Below are positions 1 to 7,398 of a stretch of 37,219 nucleotides of DNA, in pieces. The notes below the pieces were generated by a model. The model ran no database searches. It saw nothing but the letters and a program-made list of their open reading frames with translations, and was not told where the DNA came from. The DNA comes from a virus (taxonomy: Duplodnaviria > Caudoviricetes): IMG/VR virus record IMGVR_UViG_3300047463_000227, positions 1 through 37,219 of that record. One strand, written 5' to 3'. The position numbers and the translations under genes are program-made. Each line of letters starts with the position of its first letter. The first letter of the stretch is position 1.

Positions 1-88
1 CTCTCGTCTCGTCCCACGGGTCCACGTTCGGAAGCCCGAAGTAAACGCCGCCGCGCTCCACGAACAGTGCTGCGATGAGGCCCCTCAC
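1..88 (-). CDS. 5' end (runs off window) of a phage protein of the C5-DNA-methyltransferase-related 'VAALxV...DPWD..RDAR..PPC' family
   Basis: Manual translation from GTG at 88 gives MRGLIAALFVERGGVYFGLPNVDPWDETR, preceded by GGAGGAG. It resembles the N-terminus of a recalled phage family. The catalytic part is outside the window. Confidence 0.5.
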   Translation of the reverse strand, partial: MRGLIAALFVERGGVYFGLPNVDPWDETR

Positions 89-129
89 GGGCTCAGCTCC
101 TCCACGCGAATCTCTGCTCGGGGGTTCAT
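85..129 (-). pseudogene. 14-codon mini-ORF MNPRAEIRVEELSP, probable relic of a RusA resolvase C-terminus
   Basis: ATGA overlap with the DUF1064 stop and GTGA overlap with the next gene. NPRAEIRVEEL resembles the last strand of RusA-family proteins. Confidence 0.35.
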
Positions 130-515
130 GCGGCCTTCCTTATCGCCTTCATCGGACGCACCTTGGCGGGCTTCTTGCTGATTCGTAGCTCGTGGTCCCT
201 CTCAAGGGCGCGGAACAGCTTGGCCTTCAGTTTGAACTCGGCTGTCTCGTAGCCCTTCGCGTCGTCTGCTATTCGCAGGGCCTTGCCCGGCTCCCGGTAG
301 GTGAAGTCTGCAACGTAGGTGCAAATCAATTCGCCGTTCACCACCAGCGGGAAACGAACCTGGCGCTTGAGGTCGGAAATCTCCCCCCGATCCTGAAGCG
401 CCTTCAGGGCGCAGTAGTGCCGGGCCTCCGTCTTCGATGGAAACCGGATGCCGTCAACTACGGTCGCAACCGCGTTGTACTTATGTCGTCTGCCCCACTT
501 CACCCCTATGAACAC
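126..515 (-). CDS. DUF1064-family PD-(D/E)XK endonuclease (putative Holliday junction resolvase)
   Basis: KYNA..TVVDGIRFPSKTEA, RQVRFPL, TYVADFTY and DAKG..T..FKLKAKLF motifs. Confidence 0.85.
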   Translation of the reverse strand: MFIGVKWGRRHKYNAVATVVDGIRFPSKTEARHYCALKALQDRGEISDLKRQVRFPLVVNGELICTYVADFTYREPGKALRIADDAKGYETAEFKLKAKLFRALERDHELRISKKPAKVRPMKAIRKAA

Positions 516-530
516 CCCTTAGAGAGACGG

Positions 531-1196
531 CTACGGAGCCTGACCCAATGCGATAAGCATCTGGTCTCTGCCGTGCCAAAAGCGGATCACCTCGTGTGGC
601 TTGCGGCCGATCTCGTTCCACCCCTCTTCGAGGGAAACGCCCAGATCCATTGCCATGCCCTGTGCCGCGCCGAGGGCCATGAACCAAACCTTCATCCCCT
701 GGTGGTTGCGCGCGAACTGAAGAGCATTGGCCGTATGTGGAAAATTCTTGCCCTGCAACCACAGCTCTGCTGTCCGAGACGAGACGCCGGCCAGTGAGCC
801 AATGAGTCGGGCGCGACTCGGCACTCCAGAAAAGTGGAGATTGAGCGCCATCTTGAATGTCTCAACCATGAACCGATAATCGGGGCCGCTCTTATCGCGA
901 CGGCGCGAGGGCGGGAACTCGTCCTCAAGCGTTTGGGGATGCTTCAGCGCCATTTCGATTTCGGCGCGCACTGCGTCGCAATCCTCGAACCATTCCCCCT
1001 TCAAGCGGTAGCGCGTCAGTTGACGGTGTAGATGCGCCTCAACGTCTGGGCCGCCCGGTCGGTGCGCCAGCAACACCAGCTTTTCGGGGTGAGACGTTTG
1101 CAGCGAGCCAAGGCGCTCGCACACATCGCGACTAATCCCGATCTTGATCGGGCCGCCCGACTGTGCCTGGATAAAATAGACCCGAGACTCCATCAT
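531..1196 (-). CDS. GIY-YIG (T5orf172/MUG113-type) nuclease fused to a C-terminal HTH-like domain
   Basis: VYFIQ..IKIGIS..RL..LQT..E..LH..R..GEWF motifs. The C-terminal LAGVSSRTAELWLQGKNFP segment is HTH-like. Confidence 0.8.
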   Translation of the reverse strand: MMESRVYFIQAQSGGPIKIGISRDVCERLGSLQTSHPEKLVLLAHRPGGPDVEAHLHRQLTRYRLKGEWFEDCDAVRAEIEMALKHPQTLEDEFPPSRRRDKSGPDYRFMVETFKMALNLHFSGVPSRARLIGSLAGVSSRTAELWLQGKNFPHTANALQFARNHQGMKVWFMALGAAQGMAMDLGVSLEEGWNEIGRKPHEVIRFWHGRDQMLIALGQAP

Positions 1197-1831
1197 GCGA
1201 CCGCCATCTCCGCCAGCGCATCGAGCGCCGGAGCTAGCTTGTTGACCGCCTGCAACGCCTTCGCCTTGCGTGTGTCACTGATTTTCGCGACCACGACGCC
1301 GTGCGCGGCATAAACCTCGTTGGCGAATCCCGCATCGAAGAACGAGATAAGCTCGCCCATCAGGTAGCCGTCCGGCTGGCTGTACTCGTTCAGCCAGTTG
1401 TCGATGGTGTCGGCGTCCTTCCTCAAAGCCTGCGCCAGATGCAGCCGTGTAACTCCCGTGTTGGGATACAGGCGCTTCCTCAGCGCGTTCGAGAGACGCA
1501 TACGGAATTGATCGCGGCTCACGCCTGATCCTCCGTGTTCACCGAAGGTTTTCCCTGTCGCGGGTAAATTTTTTTGCACGCACATTGAGGCTCCATCGTT
1601 GGGACGATGAAGCCCGGCAATCACAAGCGCGATTTGGATCGAAGCGAAGTAGGCTTGCAGGTAGAGAGTCGTGGAACGGGCGAGGACTTCCGAGGCTTGG
1701 CGGCTATGGAAGTCAGCCCGGCGGGCAAGAGATTGTTTGGGGAAGGAAAGAACGTCGCCCCGGCGCAGATTGGTGACGTTGCCCGGGCGGTGGTGGCGAG
1801 CTTGCGGAAACGGGTAGACTAGTGCGTTCAT
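1193..1831 (-). CDS. HTH transcriptional regulator, CII-like by position
   Basis: HTH segment LHLAQALRKDADTIDNWLNEYSQPD. Start placed at the ATGA overlap (1831); an alternative ATG lies at 1585. Confidence 0.6.
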   Translation of the reverse strand: MNALVYPFPQARHHRPGNVTNLRRGDVLSFPKQSLARRADFHSRQASEVLARSTTLYLQAYFASIQIALVIAGLHRPNDGASMCVQKNLPATGKTFGEHGGSGVSRDQFRMRLSNALRKRLYPNTGVTRLHLAQALRKDADTIDNWLNEYSQPDGYLMGELISFFDAGFANEVYAAHGVVVAKISDTRKAKALQAVNKLAPALDALAEMAVA

Positions 1832-2040
1832 GCGGGCACCACGGCGCGGAAGAACGCGACCTTGAATGTCTGACCGCACTCGCAGCGGAACGGCGCGTGG
1901 CGGTTTACATCAGTGATAACGTCGTCCGGTGCATCGTGCAGCGTGTAGTCGCCTTGGATACATGCGCCGCCCTTGGACTGCGCTTCGACGCGCTCGCCGC
2001 AGTTAGGGCACTCCAGCCAGACAGAATCGAAGCAACCCAT
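1828..2040 (-). CDS. small zinc-ribbon protein
   Basis: CPNCG...CECG motifs, translationally coupled to neighbours. Confidence 0.7.
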   Translation of the reverse strand: MGCFDSVWLECPNCGERVEAQSKGGACIQGDYTLHDAPDDVITDVNRHAPFRCECGQTFKVAFFRAVVPA

Positions 2041-2286
2041 CTAGGCGCGCCTCACTCTTTTCATGGCGTCTGTGACTCGATCAAAGGCGTAATGGGAATC
2101 AAATTGGCGCTGGGCGAGGATGGTGCCGAGTTCGACCATGACCTTGTCGCAGATGATCGCCTGCCGGTGTGTCTCCGCCTTGCGCCAGCGTTCGTCCAGC
2201 CACGGGTGGGCGATATCGAAGTCAATCTCCGCATCTGTCCAGTGCGTGTTGACCGGACGGCGGTTGTCGAATTCCTCGCCGTTCAT
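2041..2286 (-). CDS. hypothetical protein (81 aa)
   Basis: Abuts the downstream gene, in operon orientation. Confidence 0.6.
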   Translation of the reverse strand: MNGEEFDNRRPVNTHWTDAEIDFDIAHPWLDERWRKAETHRQAIICDKVMVELGTILAQRQFDSHYAFDRVTDAMKRVRRA

Positions 2287-2492
2287 GCGAGTGCCCCGAA
2301 AAAGTGGAGAACCGGCGCAAGAGTCCGATCCTCCCTAGTTTCACAGGGAGGCTCACCGAAAGAAGTCCCCGACGACGAGGGAGGATTCGCCGCCGGGGTT
2401 GCAGAGCCCAGCCGCCAACTGGAAAGCGGCTCGCTCCACGGGCCACGGCAGGTAACGTCTGCCGGGGAACTCGAAATGAATGCCGGGCGCAT
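2283..2492 (-). other. structured segment downstream of cro (4 hairpins, tR1-like) overlaid by a coupled 69-codon ORF
   Basis: Hairpins at 2446-2464, 2410-2431, 2367-2398 and 2330-2351. The ORF has TGATG and ATGA overlaps at its ends. Confidence 0.45.
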
Positions 2493-2707
2493 CAGGCGGC
2501 CTCCGGGTACAGGTCCGGCCGCAGATCGTGCTTTGAAACCTTGGTCGCGCCCTCAATGGCGAGGACTTTGTCGGCCGGAGCCCTCTTGGCCTTGTTAAGC
2601 CAGTACCAAACGTGGGCTTGGGTGACGCCTTTGCCGAGTTTGCGCGCAAGAGCTGATTGCCCCCCCGCTTGGTTTACCGCAGCCCGTAGAGCCTGAAGTT
2701 CATCCAT
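2492..2707 (-). CDS. cro: Cro/YdaS-like repressor
   Basis: AGGQSALARKLG..VTQAHVWYWL..IEGAT.VSKHDLRPDLY, divergent from cI. Confidence 0.9.
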   Translation of the reverse strand: MDELQALRAAVNQAGGQSALARKLGKGVTQAHVWYWLNKAKRAPADKVLAIEGATKVSKHDLRPDLYPEAA

Positions 2708-2715
2708 GCCCCATG

Positions 2716-2757
2716 ATATACAAGTTTTCTTTTCAGTTAGTCAACAAGAAAACTTTT
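2716..2757 (-). promoter_or_regulatory. PR-like promoter with two 14-bp operators
   Basis: Minus-strand TTGACT (2744-2739)-N17-GTATAT (2721-2716). Operators are ACAAGTTTTCTTTT (2720-2733) and ACAAGAAAACTTTT (2744-2757). Confidence 0.75.
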
Positions 2758-2796
2758 GAAGCACCGCACCCCCTTTTTTTGTAGCCTTCAACCGCA

Positions 2797-3252
2797 ATGA
2801 GCATTGGGAAAAGAGTAGCCAAATGGCGGGCCGCGCGGGGCTGGTCTCAGACTGAACTCGCGGAGCGGCTTAACCTGGCCGGGGCCAAGAACGTCAGACA
2901 GGCTCATATCACGCAACTGGAGAGCGAAGAAACCCAAAGGCCGCGCTACCTCACGGCGCTGGCCCGGGTCCTCGGCCTGAATCTTCCCTACCTTGAGCAT
3001 GGCGAGGGACCCGAGGAAGCGGCTAGTGGCCCACTAGATCCCGCCCAAGATATACGGAGCGCAACCGAGGTCGCCACACGCGCCGTCGATTTCGCGTTAA
3101 GAGAACTTAAGCATTCCTTGTCCCCCCGGTTTCGAGAGGCACTGATCGCGGGGGCCGTAGAACACGAAATTGAATGGCGACGAACCGCGCGTGAGAATAG
3201 CCTAGCTGCTTTACCGCGTACCGCACGGCCCGCCAAAAAGCGGGGTCGTTAA
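2797..3252 (+). CDS. cI: CI-like repressor with a phage 434-type N-terminal HTH and no S24 peptidase domain
   Basis: SIGKRV..R..G.SQ.ELA...QLE..T.RPRYL..LA..LG parallels the 434 repressor N-domain. Divergent from cro. Confidence 0.85.
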   Translation: MSIGKRVAKWRAARGWSQTELAERLNLAGAKNVRQAHITQLESEETQRPRYLTALARVLGLNLPYLEHGEGPEEAASGPLDPAQDIRSATEVATRAVDFALRELKHSLSPRFREALIAGAVEHEIEWRRTARENSLAALPRTARPAKKRGR

Positions 3253-3276
3253 TATCCAAGAGTGTGTGACATTGGC

Positions 3277-3450
3277 CCGCCTGCGAAGGCGGCTTTGCAT
3301 TACCACTCATTAACCCCTCCCCCAATACCTTAGCCACGCCTGTACAGGCGGGCGGTCTGGCTGATTGCTGGGGCGAGGGGGCAATCCTCGCTGGCGGAAT
3401 GGTTAACACCATTCCGCCCCGCTCCCCTCCCGCGCTTGCATACATATGCA
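3277..3450. ncRNA. candidate structured non-coding element between cI and PL
   Basis: Five stems or palindromes: 3277-3292 (GCGA loop), 3337-3350, 3373-3391, 3393-3418 (11-bp perfect stem) and 3437-3450. No convincing ORF. Confidence 0.35.
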
Positions 3451-3605
3451 GCAAGGGTTGCGGCTAGACATGCTCCCACAACCGGCGCTTTAGGTCAAAG
3501 TCAATCGCCGCACTACGCACGCCGCCCCGTGCCTAGTCACCCCCCCCCACCGATTCCCGCCCCTGGCCGGTCGCGGCAGCTGTACATAAACACAAGCCCA
3601 AAATA

Positions 3606-3647
3606 ATAAGAATACTTGTTGACGCAATACAAATTTTCTTTTAGTGT
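3606..3647 (+). promoter_or_regulatory. PL-like sigma70 promoter with two operators
   Basis: TTGACG (3619-3624)-N17-TAGTGT (3642-3647). Operators are ATAAGAATACTTGT (3606-3619) and ACAAATTTTCTTTT (3629-3642). Confidence 0.8.
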
Positions 3648-3709
3648 TCTCCCCATCAGCTCGGGTCCTGTTCCACCCTGAGCAAGCATAGAGGGGAGCA
3701 CCAAACCAG

Positions 3710-3874
3710 ATGGCAACATACAAAGGCGAAACCAAACATGACCGCGTGCGCTTCTCGGTGCAGGAGCGTTTCCCCGATGGCTGGCACAGCATCAAGCTTT
3801 TCGCCCAGCGCGAGAACGCGGAGCACTTCGCGTCAACGCTGGTCGGCAATATCCGCATCATGCGGGTGGACTGA
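3710..3874 (+). CDS. hypothetical protein (54 aa), first gene of the PL operon
   Basis: Manual translation MATYKGETKHDRVRFSVQERF..., with GGGGAG upstream. Confidence 0.65.
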   Translation: MATYKGETKHDRVRFSVQERFPDGWHSIKLFAQRENAEHFASTLVGNIRIMRVD

Positions 3875-3877
3875 GCC

Positions 3878-4048
3878 ATGACCGACGACCCCAAGATGGC
3901 CGCCGTTCTGATGAACAAGCGCGCGAAGCGGGCGAAGGGCTGGAAGTCCTCGGCCGACTACGGGACAGATCGCAATCTGACCAAGGCTCGCGCTTCCGTC
4001 GATGAGTTCGTGGCGTGGATGAAGGCTCGCACGGAGGCTTGCGCGTGA
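3878..4048 (+). CDS. hypothetical protein (56 aa)
   Basis: Manual translation MTDDPKMAAVLMNKRAKRAKGW..., tightly packed with neighbours. Confidence 0.6.
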   Translation: MTDDPKMAAVLMNKRAKRAKGWKSSADYGTDRNLTKARASVDEFVAWMKARTEACA

Positions 4049-4224
4049 CACAGGGCTGGAGCGACCCGCGCGAACCGCAGGACCCGGACGGCGGCTATTA
4101 CCAGTCTCGCCCCGTCATTGATCCGTGCCCGTGCGGCTACTCAAAACGGGACTGCGCGGAGTTAAAGGACAAGCGCAGGACTGGCGGCTGGTGCAAGAGC
4201 CCTACATGGGAACCGAACCCATGA
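4045..4224 (+). CDS. small Cys-containing hypothetical protein
   Basis: GTGA overlap, GGAGG SD, CPCG...C...C. Confidence 0.55.
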   Translation: MTQGWSDPREPQDPDGGYYQSRPVIDPCPCGYSKRDCAELKDKRRTGGWCKSPTWEPNP

Positions 4225-4415
4225 GCGCCGGACGCCTCCGCAACCGCGCTCGCCGCATCCGCAATATTGCGGGGGTGCTCTATCTGCTGAAAGAGCACGC
4301 GCACGACGCGGGGCTATTGGATGCGGAACGCGAATTAGAGAACGCGGCCGATTACGCCTCATTCGCGGCGGCGGCATACGAGAAGCGCGCCGATAAGGTT
4401 TGGAGGGCCAGTTGA
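4221..4415 (+). CDS. hypothetical protein (64 aa)
   Basis: ATGA overlap, MSAGRLRNRARRIRNIAGVLYLL. Confidence 0.6.
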   Translation: MSAGRLRNRARRIRNIAGVLYLLKEHAHDAGLLDAERELENAADYASFAAAAYEKRADKVWRAS

Positions 4416-4645
4416 TGAACCTGCTCGAAATCATCCAAGAGGTCGGCCGCTCCGGTGTCGAGTGGGGGAAGGAATGGGAAACCGTGCCGGGCTATCTGAC
4501 GGTCCAGATCGACCGCGATACATGGCGCGAAATCCTGCGCCTGACGCCGCACGGCCACGCGGCTGGCACACTTGCCGGTTTGGACATCGACAGGTGCGCG
4601 CGGTGCGGCAAGGACATCCGCGACGACATTCACAGGGGACAATAG
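4415..4645 (+). CDS. hypothetical protein with H..CxxC..H possible metal site
   Basis: TGATG overlap, GGAGG SD. Confidence 0.6.
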   Translation: MNLLEIIQEVGRSGVEWGKEWETVPGYLTVQIDRDTWREILRLTPHGHAAGTLAGLDIDRCARCGKDIRDDIHRGQ

Positions 4646-4647
4646 CC

Positions 4648-4860
4648 ATGACGCTGCCCTACGCAAACTCTGCATCGCGCGGCGCCGGCCGAAGCGACCT
4701 GATCGACATTGCCGCCGAAATCAAGGGCGAAACCGACAAGGCATGGCGCCTGTTCGACGGAGATAGAACGGAGTGGGTGCCGAAATCTCAGGTTGAGGAC
4801 AATGGCGACGGAACATTCGCGATGCCGGAGTGGCTGGCCGTCGATAAAGGGTTCGTCTGA
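4648..4860 (+). CDS. conserved small phage protein
   Basis: ETDKAW...WVPKSQVE...MPEWLA.DKG motif, recalled from alphaproteobacterial phages. Confidence 0.75.
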   Translation: MTLPYANSASRGAGRSDLIDIAAEIKGETDKAWRLFDGDRTEWVPKSQVEDNGDGTFAMPEWLAVDKGFV

Positions 4861-4898
4861 AGCCGCCTAACCCACCCAGCAGATAGAGGGGATGAAAG

Positions 4899-5030
4899 AT
4901 GGCGACGCAGGCCGAGACGCGGGAAGCCTTCAAGGGTTTCGACAAGGATTTGAAGTGTCGCGACTTTCAATTCGAGGTCGGCAAGACCTACGAGCACCCT
5001 GGCCCCGTGGTGGCAGCATCCGCCCGGCAC
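4899..5030 (+). pseudogene. truncated DUF7666-like gene, read in frame into the next ORF
   Basis: [30 protein letters not shown] matches the recalled family N-terminus, but the expected C..GFHAC continuation and the rest of the gene are missing. Confidence 0.6.
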
Positions 5031-5078
5031 CCAATCCAGCCTTGGCTATGCGCCCTTCGCCACGGAAGGGAAAGAACC

Positions 5079-5321
5079 ATGAGCGCATTGCTTGACGAAC
5101 GAGTCCGCGCCGCTCTTGAGGCGCATTGGTCAACCCTCAACGGGTTCCTGGCTGAATGCGGGGCGGATTCCGAACTCGCCGAATACATCAAGGACGCCAT
5201 CGCAGGTAACTGCGACTCGCTCAACCAGATCGGCGGGCTTGTCGTTCGTCGTGAAGCAGAAGCCAACCGCGAACAGATCGAGCGGGAGGAACAGGCCGAG
5301 AAGGCAGGGGCCGGGCCATGA
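5079..5321 (+). CDS. hypothetical protein (80 aa)
   Basis: MSALLDERV..., with its own purine-rich leader. Confidence 0.6.
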   Translation: MSALLDERVRAALEAHWSTLNGFLAECGADSELAEYIKDAIAGNCDSLNQIGGLVVRREAEANREQIEREEQAEKAGAGP

Positions 5322-5488
5322 CCGAGTACGTGTTCTTCCGCCAAGAGGGCGTGTTCTACATCGTGGACATTCCCGACGCCATGCTCATCGCCCACGGCGA
5401 GGACAAGGCAATCCGCGACAACGCGAATTGCAATCCCGGAACCGTTCAAGTGCAGGCGCTCGACGGGCGCGTTGTGTGGGCAGCATGA
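5318..5488 (+). CDS. hypothetical protein (56 aa)
   Basis: Manual translation [20 protein letters not shown]...[16 protein letters not shown], with ATGA overlaps on both sides. Confidence 0.65.
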   Translation: MTEYVFFRQEGVFYIVDIPDAMLIAHGEDKAIRDNANCNPGTVQVQALDGRVVWAA

Positions 5489-5568
5489 AAACCCTTCACA
5501 CCCTCTGCTGGTGGCTGTTCATCGGCTTTCTTCTTCTGTGGTCAACCATACCGGGAGTTATCCAATGA
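5485..5568 (+). CDS. 27-aa single-TM peptide
   Basis: [27 protein letters not shown], with ATGA overlaps on both sides. Confidence 0.55.
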   Translation: MKTLHTLCWWLFIGFLLLWSTIPGVIQ

Positions 5569-5786
5569 GCCTTACCAGCATGAACGCGCACGGCATTGAT
5601 GCGCTTCGCCTGACGGCGGCGTGGCGGCAGAACGGGCGCTCGCTCAGCTTCAAAATGGAGCGCCAGGAATCGCCCGTCGAGTTCACCATCTTTGTCACGA
5701 GCGACGAGGAATTTGACCGGCTGCGCTTCACCATCCCGCGTGCTTCCGATTTCGTCGAAACCGACAAGCCAACCTCGGAGGTCTGA
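5565..5786 (+). CDS. hypothetical protein (73 aa)
   Basis: GGGAG SD, ATGA overlap. Confidence 0.6.
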   Translation: MSLTSMNAHGIDALRLTAAWRQNGRSLSFKMERQESPVEFTIFVTSDEEFDRLRFTIPRASDFVETDKPTSEV

Positions 5787-5788
5787 CC

Positions 5789-5944
5789 ATGAGCGAACAG
5801 ATGGAACGCGGCGGCGGGCTTACCGAGAAGCAGATTCGCTGGTGCAGGACAAATTTGCCGTCCTTCGACTTCGCATGGCGTCAGGTGAAGCAGGCAGACG
5901 AACACGCGGCGAAGGTCAAGCGCGACCTGGAGAAGGCGGCATGA
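5789..5944 (+). CDS. hypothetical protein (51 aa)
   Basis: GGAGG SD, MSEQMERGGGLTEKQIRWCR...EKAA. Confidence 0.6.
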   Translation: MSEQMERGGGLTEKQIRWCRTNLPSFDFAWRQVKQADEHAAKVKRDLEKAA

Positions 5945-5987
5945 CCCAACACGAGCAAGGGGGAGCGGTGACGCTGTGCGGGAAGCC

Positions 5988-6167
5988 ATGAGCGAGACGT
6001 CAGCCCAGACCGCAGCCGAGATTGCCGTGTGGCAGCTCGAGCAAGCCGTGGATGAGGTTTTGCGTCGCTGGCCGGTGGTGTCCGCCGATACGGCGCTGAT
6101 GACCGACCTTCACGCGCTCAGCGATTCCCTCCTCTCCAAACTCACCCCCAAGAAGGAAGCGGCCTGA
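5988..6167 (+). CDS. hypothetical protein (59 aa)
   Basis: Coupled through the 16-codon ORF 5941-5991, with a TGATG overlap to the nuclease gene. Confidence 0.55.
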   Translation: MSETSAQTAAEIAVWQLEQAVDEVLRRWPVVSADTALMTDLHALSDSLLSKLTPKKEAA

Positions 6168-6916
6168 TGGCTACCACCCACAAGCTCTACGGCGGCGACG
6201 TTGACCTGATCTTTGACGAGAAGAAGCACCTGTATTTTGTGCAGGACAATCCCATCGTCGGCGTCACCACGGTTTGCGGCGTGCTCAACAAGCCCGCCCT
6301 TGTCGGGTGGGCGGCCAACCAAGGCGCGGAATTTGCCCGCACGTTCCTCCAACCCGGCCAGTCGTTGAACGAGGCGCAGATCGACGCGCTTTGCTCTGGC
6401 ATCAAATCCGCCCATCGGAAGCGCACCACCGCCGCCGCCGATATCGGCACCACCGTTCACAGTTGGGCGGAGAACTACGCCAAGGGTGTGACGCTCGATG
6501 TGCCCGAGAACGAGCAGGCCAAGGCAGCGGTCGAATCCTTCCTGCAGTGGACCGAGATCCATGATGTGGTGTTCGAGGAGAGTGAGCGCAAGATTTTCTC
6601 CCGCCAGCACCGCTACGCCGGAACGGTTGACACCATCGCCACGGTCGATGGCAAGCGGCTGGTGATCGACTTCAAGACCTCCACGGGCCTGTGGGACGAG
6701 ATGCGGCTGCAGCTCGCCGCCTATCGGTTCGCCCTGGAGGAGGAAGGATTCGGGCCGTTCGAGGGCCGGATGATCCTGCGCTTCGCCAAGGACGGTTCCG
6801 GGTTCTACACCCACGACCTTGAAACAGCCCCGAAGGCTTACGAGCGAGACTGGCGCGGGTTCGCTGCCTGCCTCGAAGCCTACAAGGTGATGCAGGAAAT
6901 CAAACGCGCCGCTTAA
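6167..6916 (+). CDS. PD-(D/E)XK (Cas4/RecB-like) exonuclease
   Basis: VGVTT..KPALVGWAA, GTTVH, E..., YAGTVD, VIDFKTS and LQLAAY motifs. Confidence 0.9.
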   Translation: MATTHKLYGGDVDLIFDEKKHLYFVQDNPIVGVTTVCGVLNKPALVGWAANQGAEFARTFLQPGQSLNEAQIDALCSGIKSAHRKRTTAAADIGTTVHSWAENYAKGVTLDVPENEQAKAAVESFLQWTEIHDVVFEESERKIFSRQHRYAGTVDTIATVDGKRLVIDFKTSTGLWDEMRLQLAAYRFALEEEGFGPFEGRMILRFAKDGSGFYTHDLETAPKAYERDWRGFAACLEAYKVMQEIKRAA

Positions 6917-6933
6917 CCCAAGGAACCACAACC

Positions 6934-7398
6934 ATGCCCCAGATGCAAATTACCCCCTCGTTCGTGAACCCTCCCCGTCCGGGAAAGAAGATGGGCAGCG
7001 CCAAGCTCCCGGACAACTCCATCCTGTACTTCTACCCGGACAAGGTAAGCCTCACCCCCGGTCAGGCCGTCACGGTGGAGTACGCTGACAAGATGTTTGG
7101 CGACAAGCCCGCCAAGGTGATCGAGCGGGTTGTCCAGCCCAACGGCAGCAACGGGCACGCCGCCCCGGCCCCGAGCGGCGGCGGATACCAGCGCGCGGGC
7201 ACCGACAAGGAAACCGCCGAGCGAATCTATGTGTGCGGGATCATCAACGCAGCGGTTTCGGCCGGCAAGCTCGACCTGAGCACGGACGCGCTGATTTCCG
7301 CCACGGAAGCCGCCCGCGATGCCTGGGCCGCCACGTTCGGAGCGCCACGACCTGAAGCCGGCCAGCACCCCAACGGCGCATCCGACACGCCCTTCTGA
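6934..7398 (+). CDS. putative ssDNA-binding or annealing protein
   Basis: Beta-rich N-terminus and SSB-like acidic tail (SDTPF). Lies between the exonuclease and the UvsY-like gene. Confidence 0.5.
   Translation: MPQMQITPSFVNPPRPGKKMGSAKLPDNSILYFYPDKVSLTPGQAVTVEYADKMFGDKPAKVIERVVQPNGSNGHAAPAPSGGGYQRAGTDKETAERIYVCGIINAAVSAGKLDLSTDALISATEAARDAWAATFGAPRPEAGQHPNGASDTPF

Noticed and set aside
3540-3548. C9 tract as a phase-variation switch
   Set aside because: Lies outside any ORF and about 70 bp upstream of the PL -35. No evidence of length variation from a single sequence.
6167-6916. Cas4-like gene as a sign of CRISPR
   Set aside because: No repeat-spacer array or other cas genes. The context is a phage recombination module.
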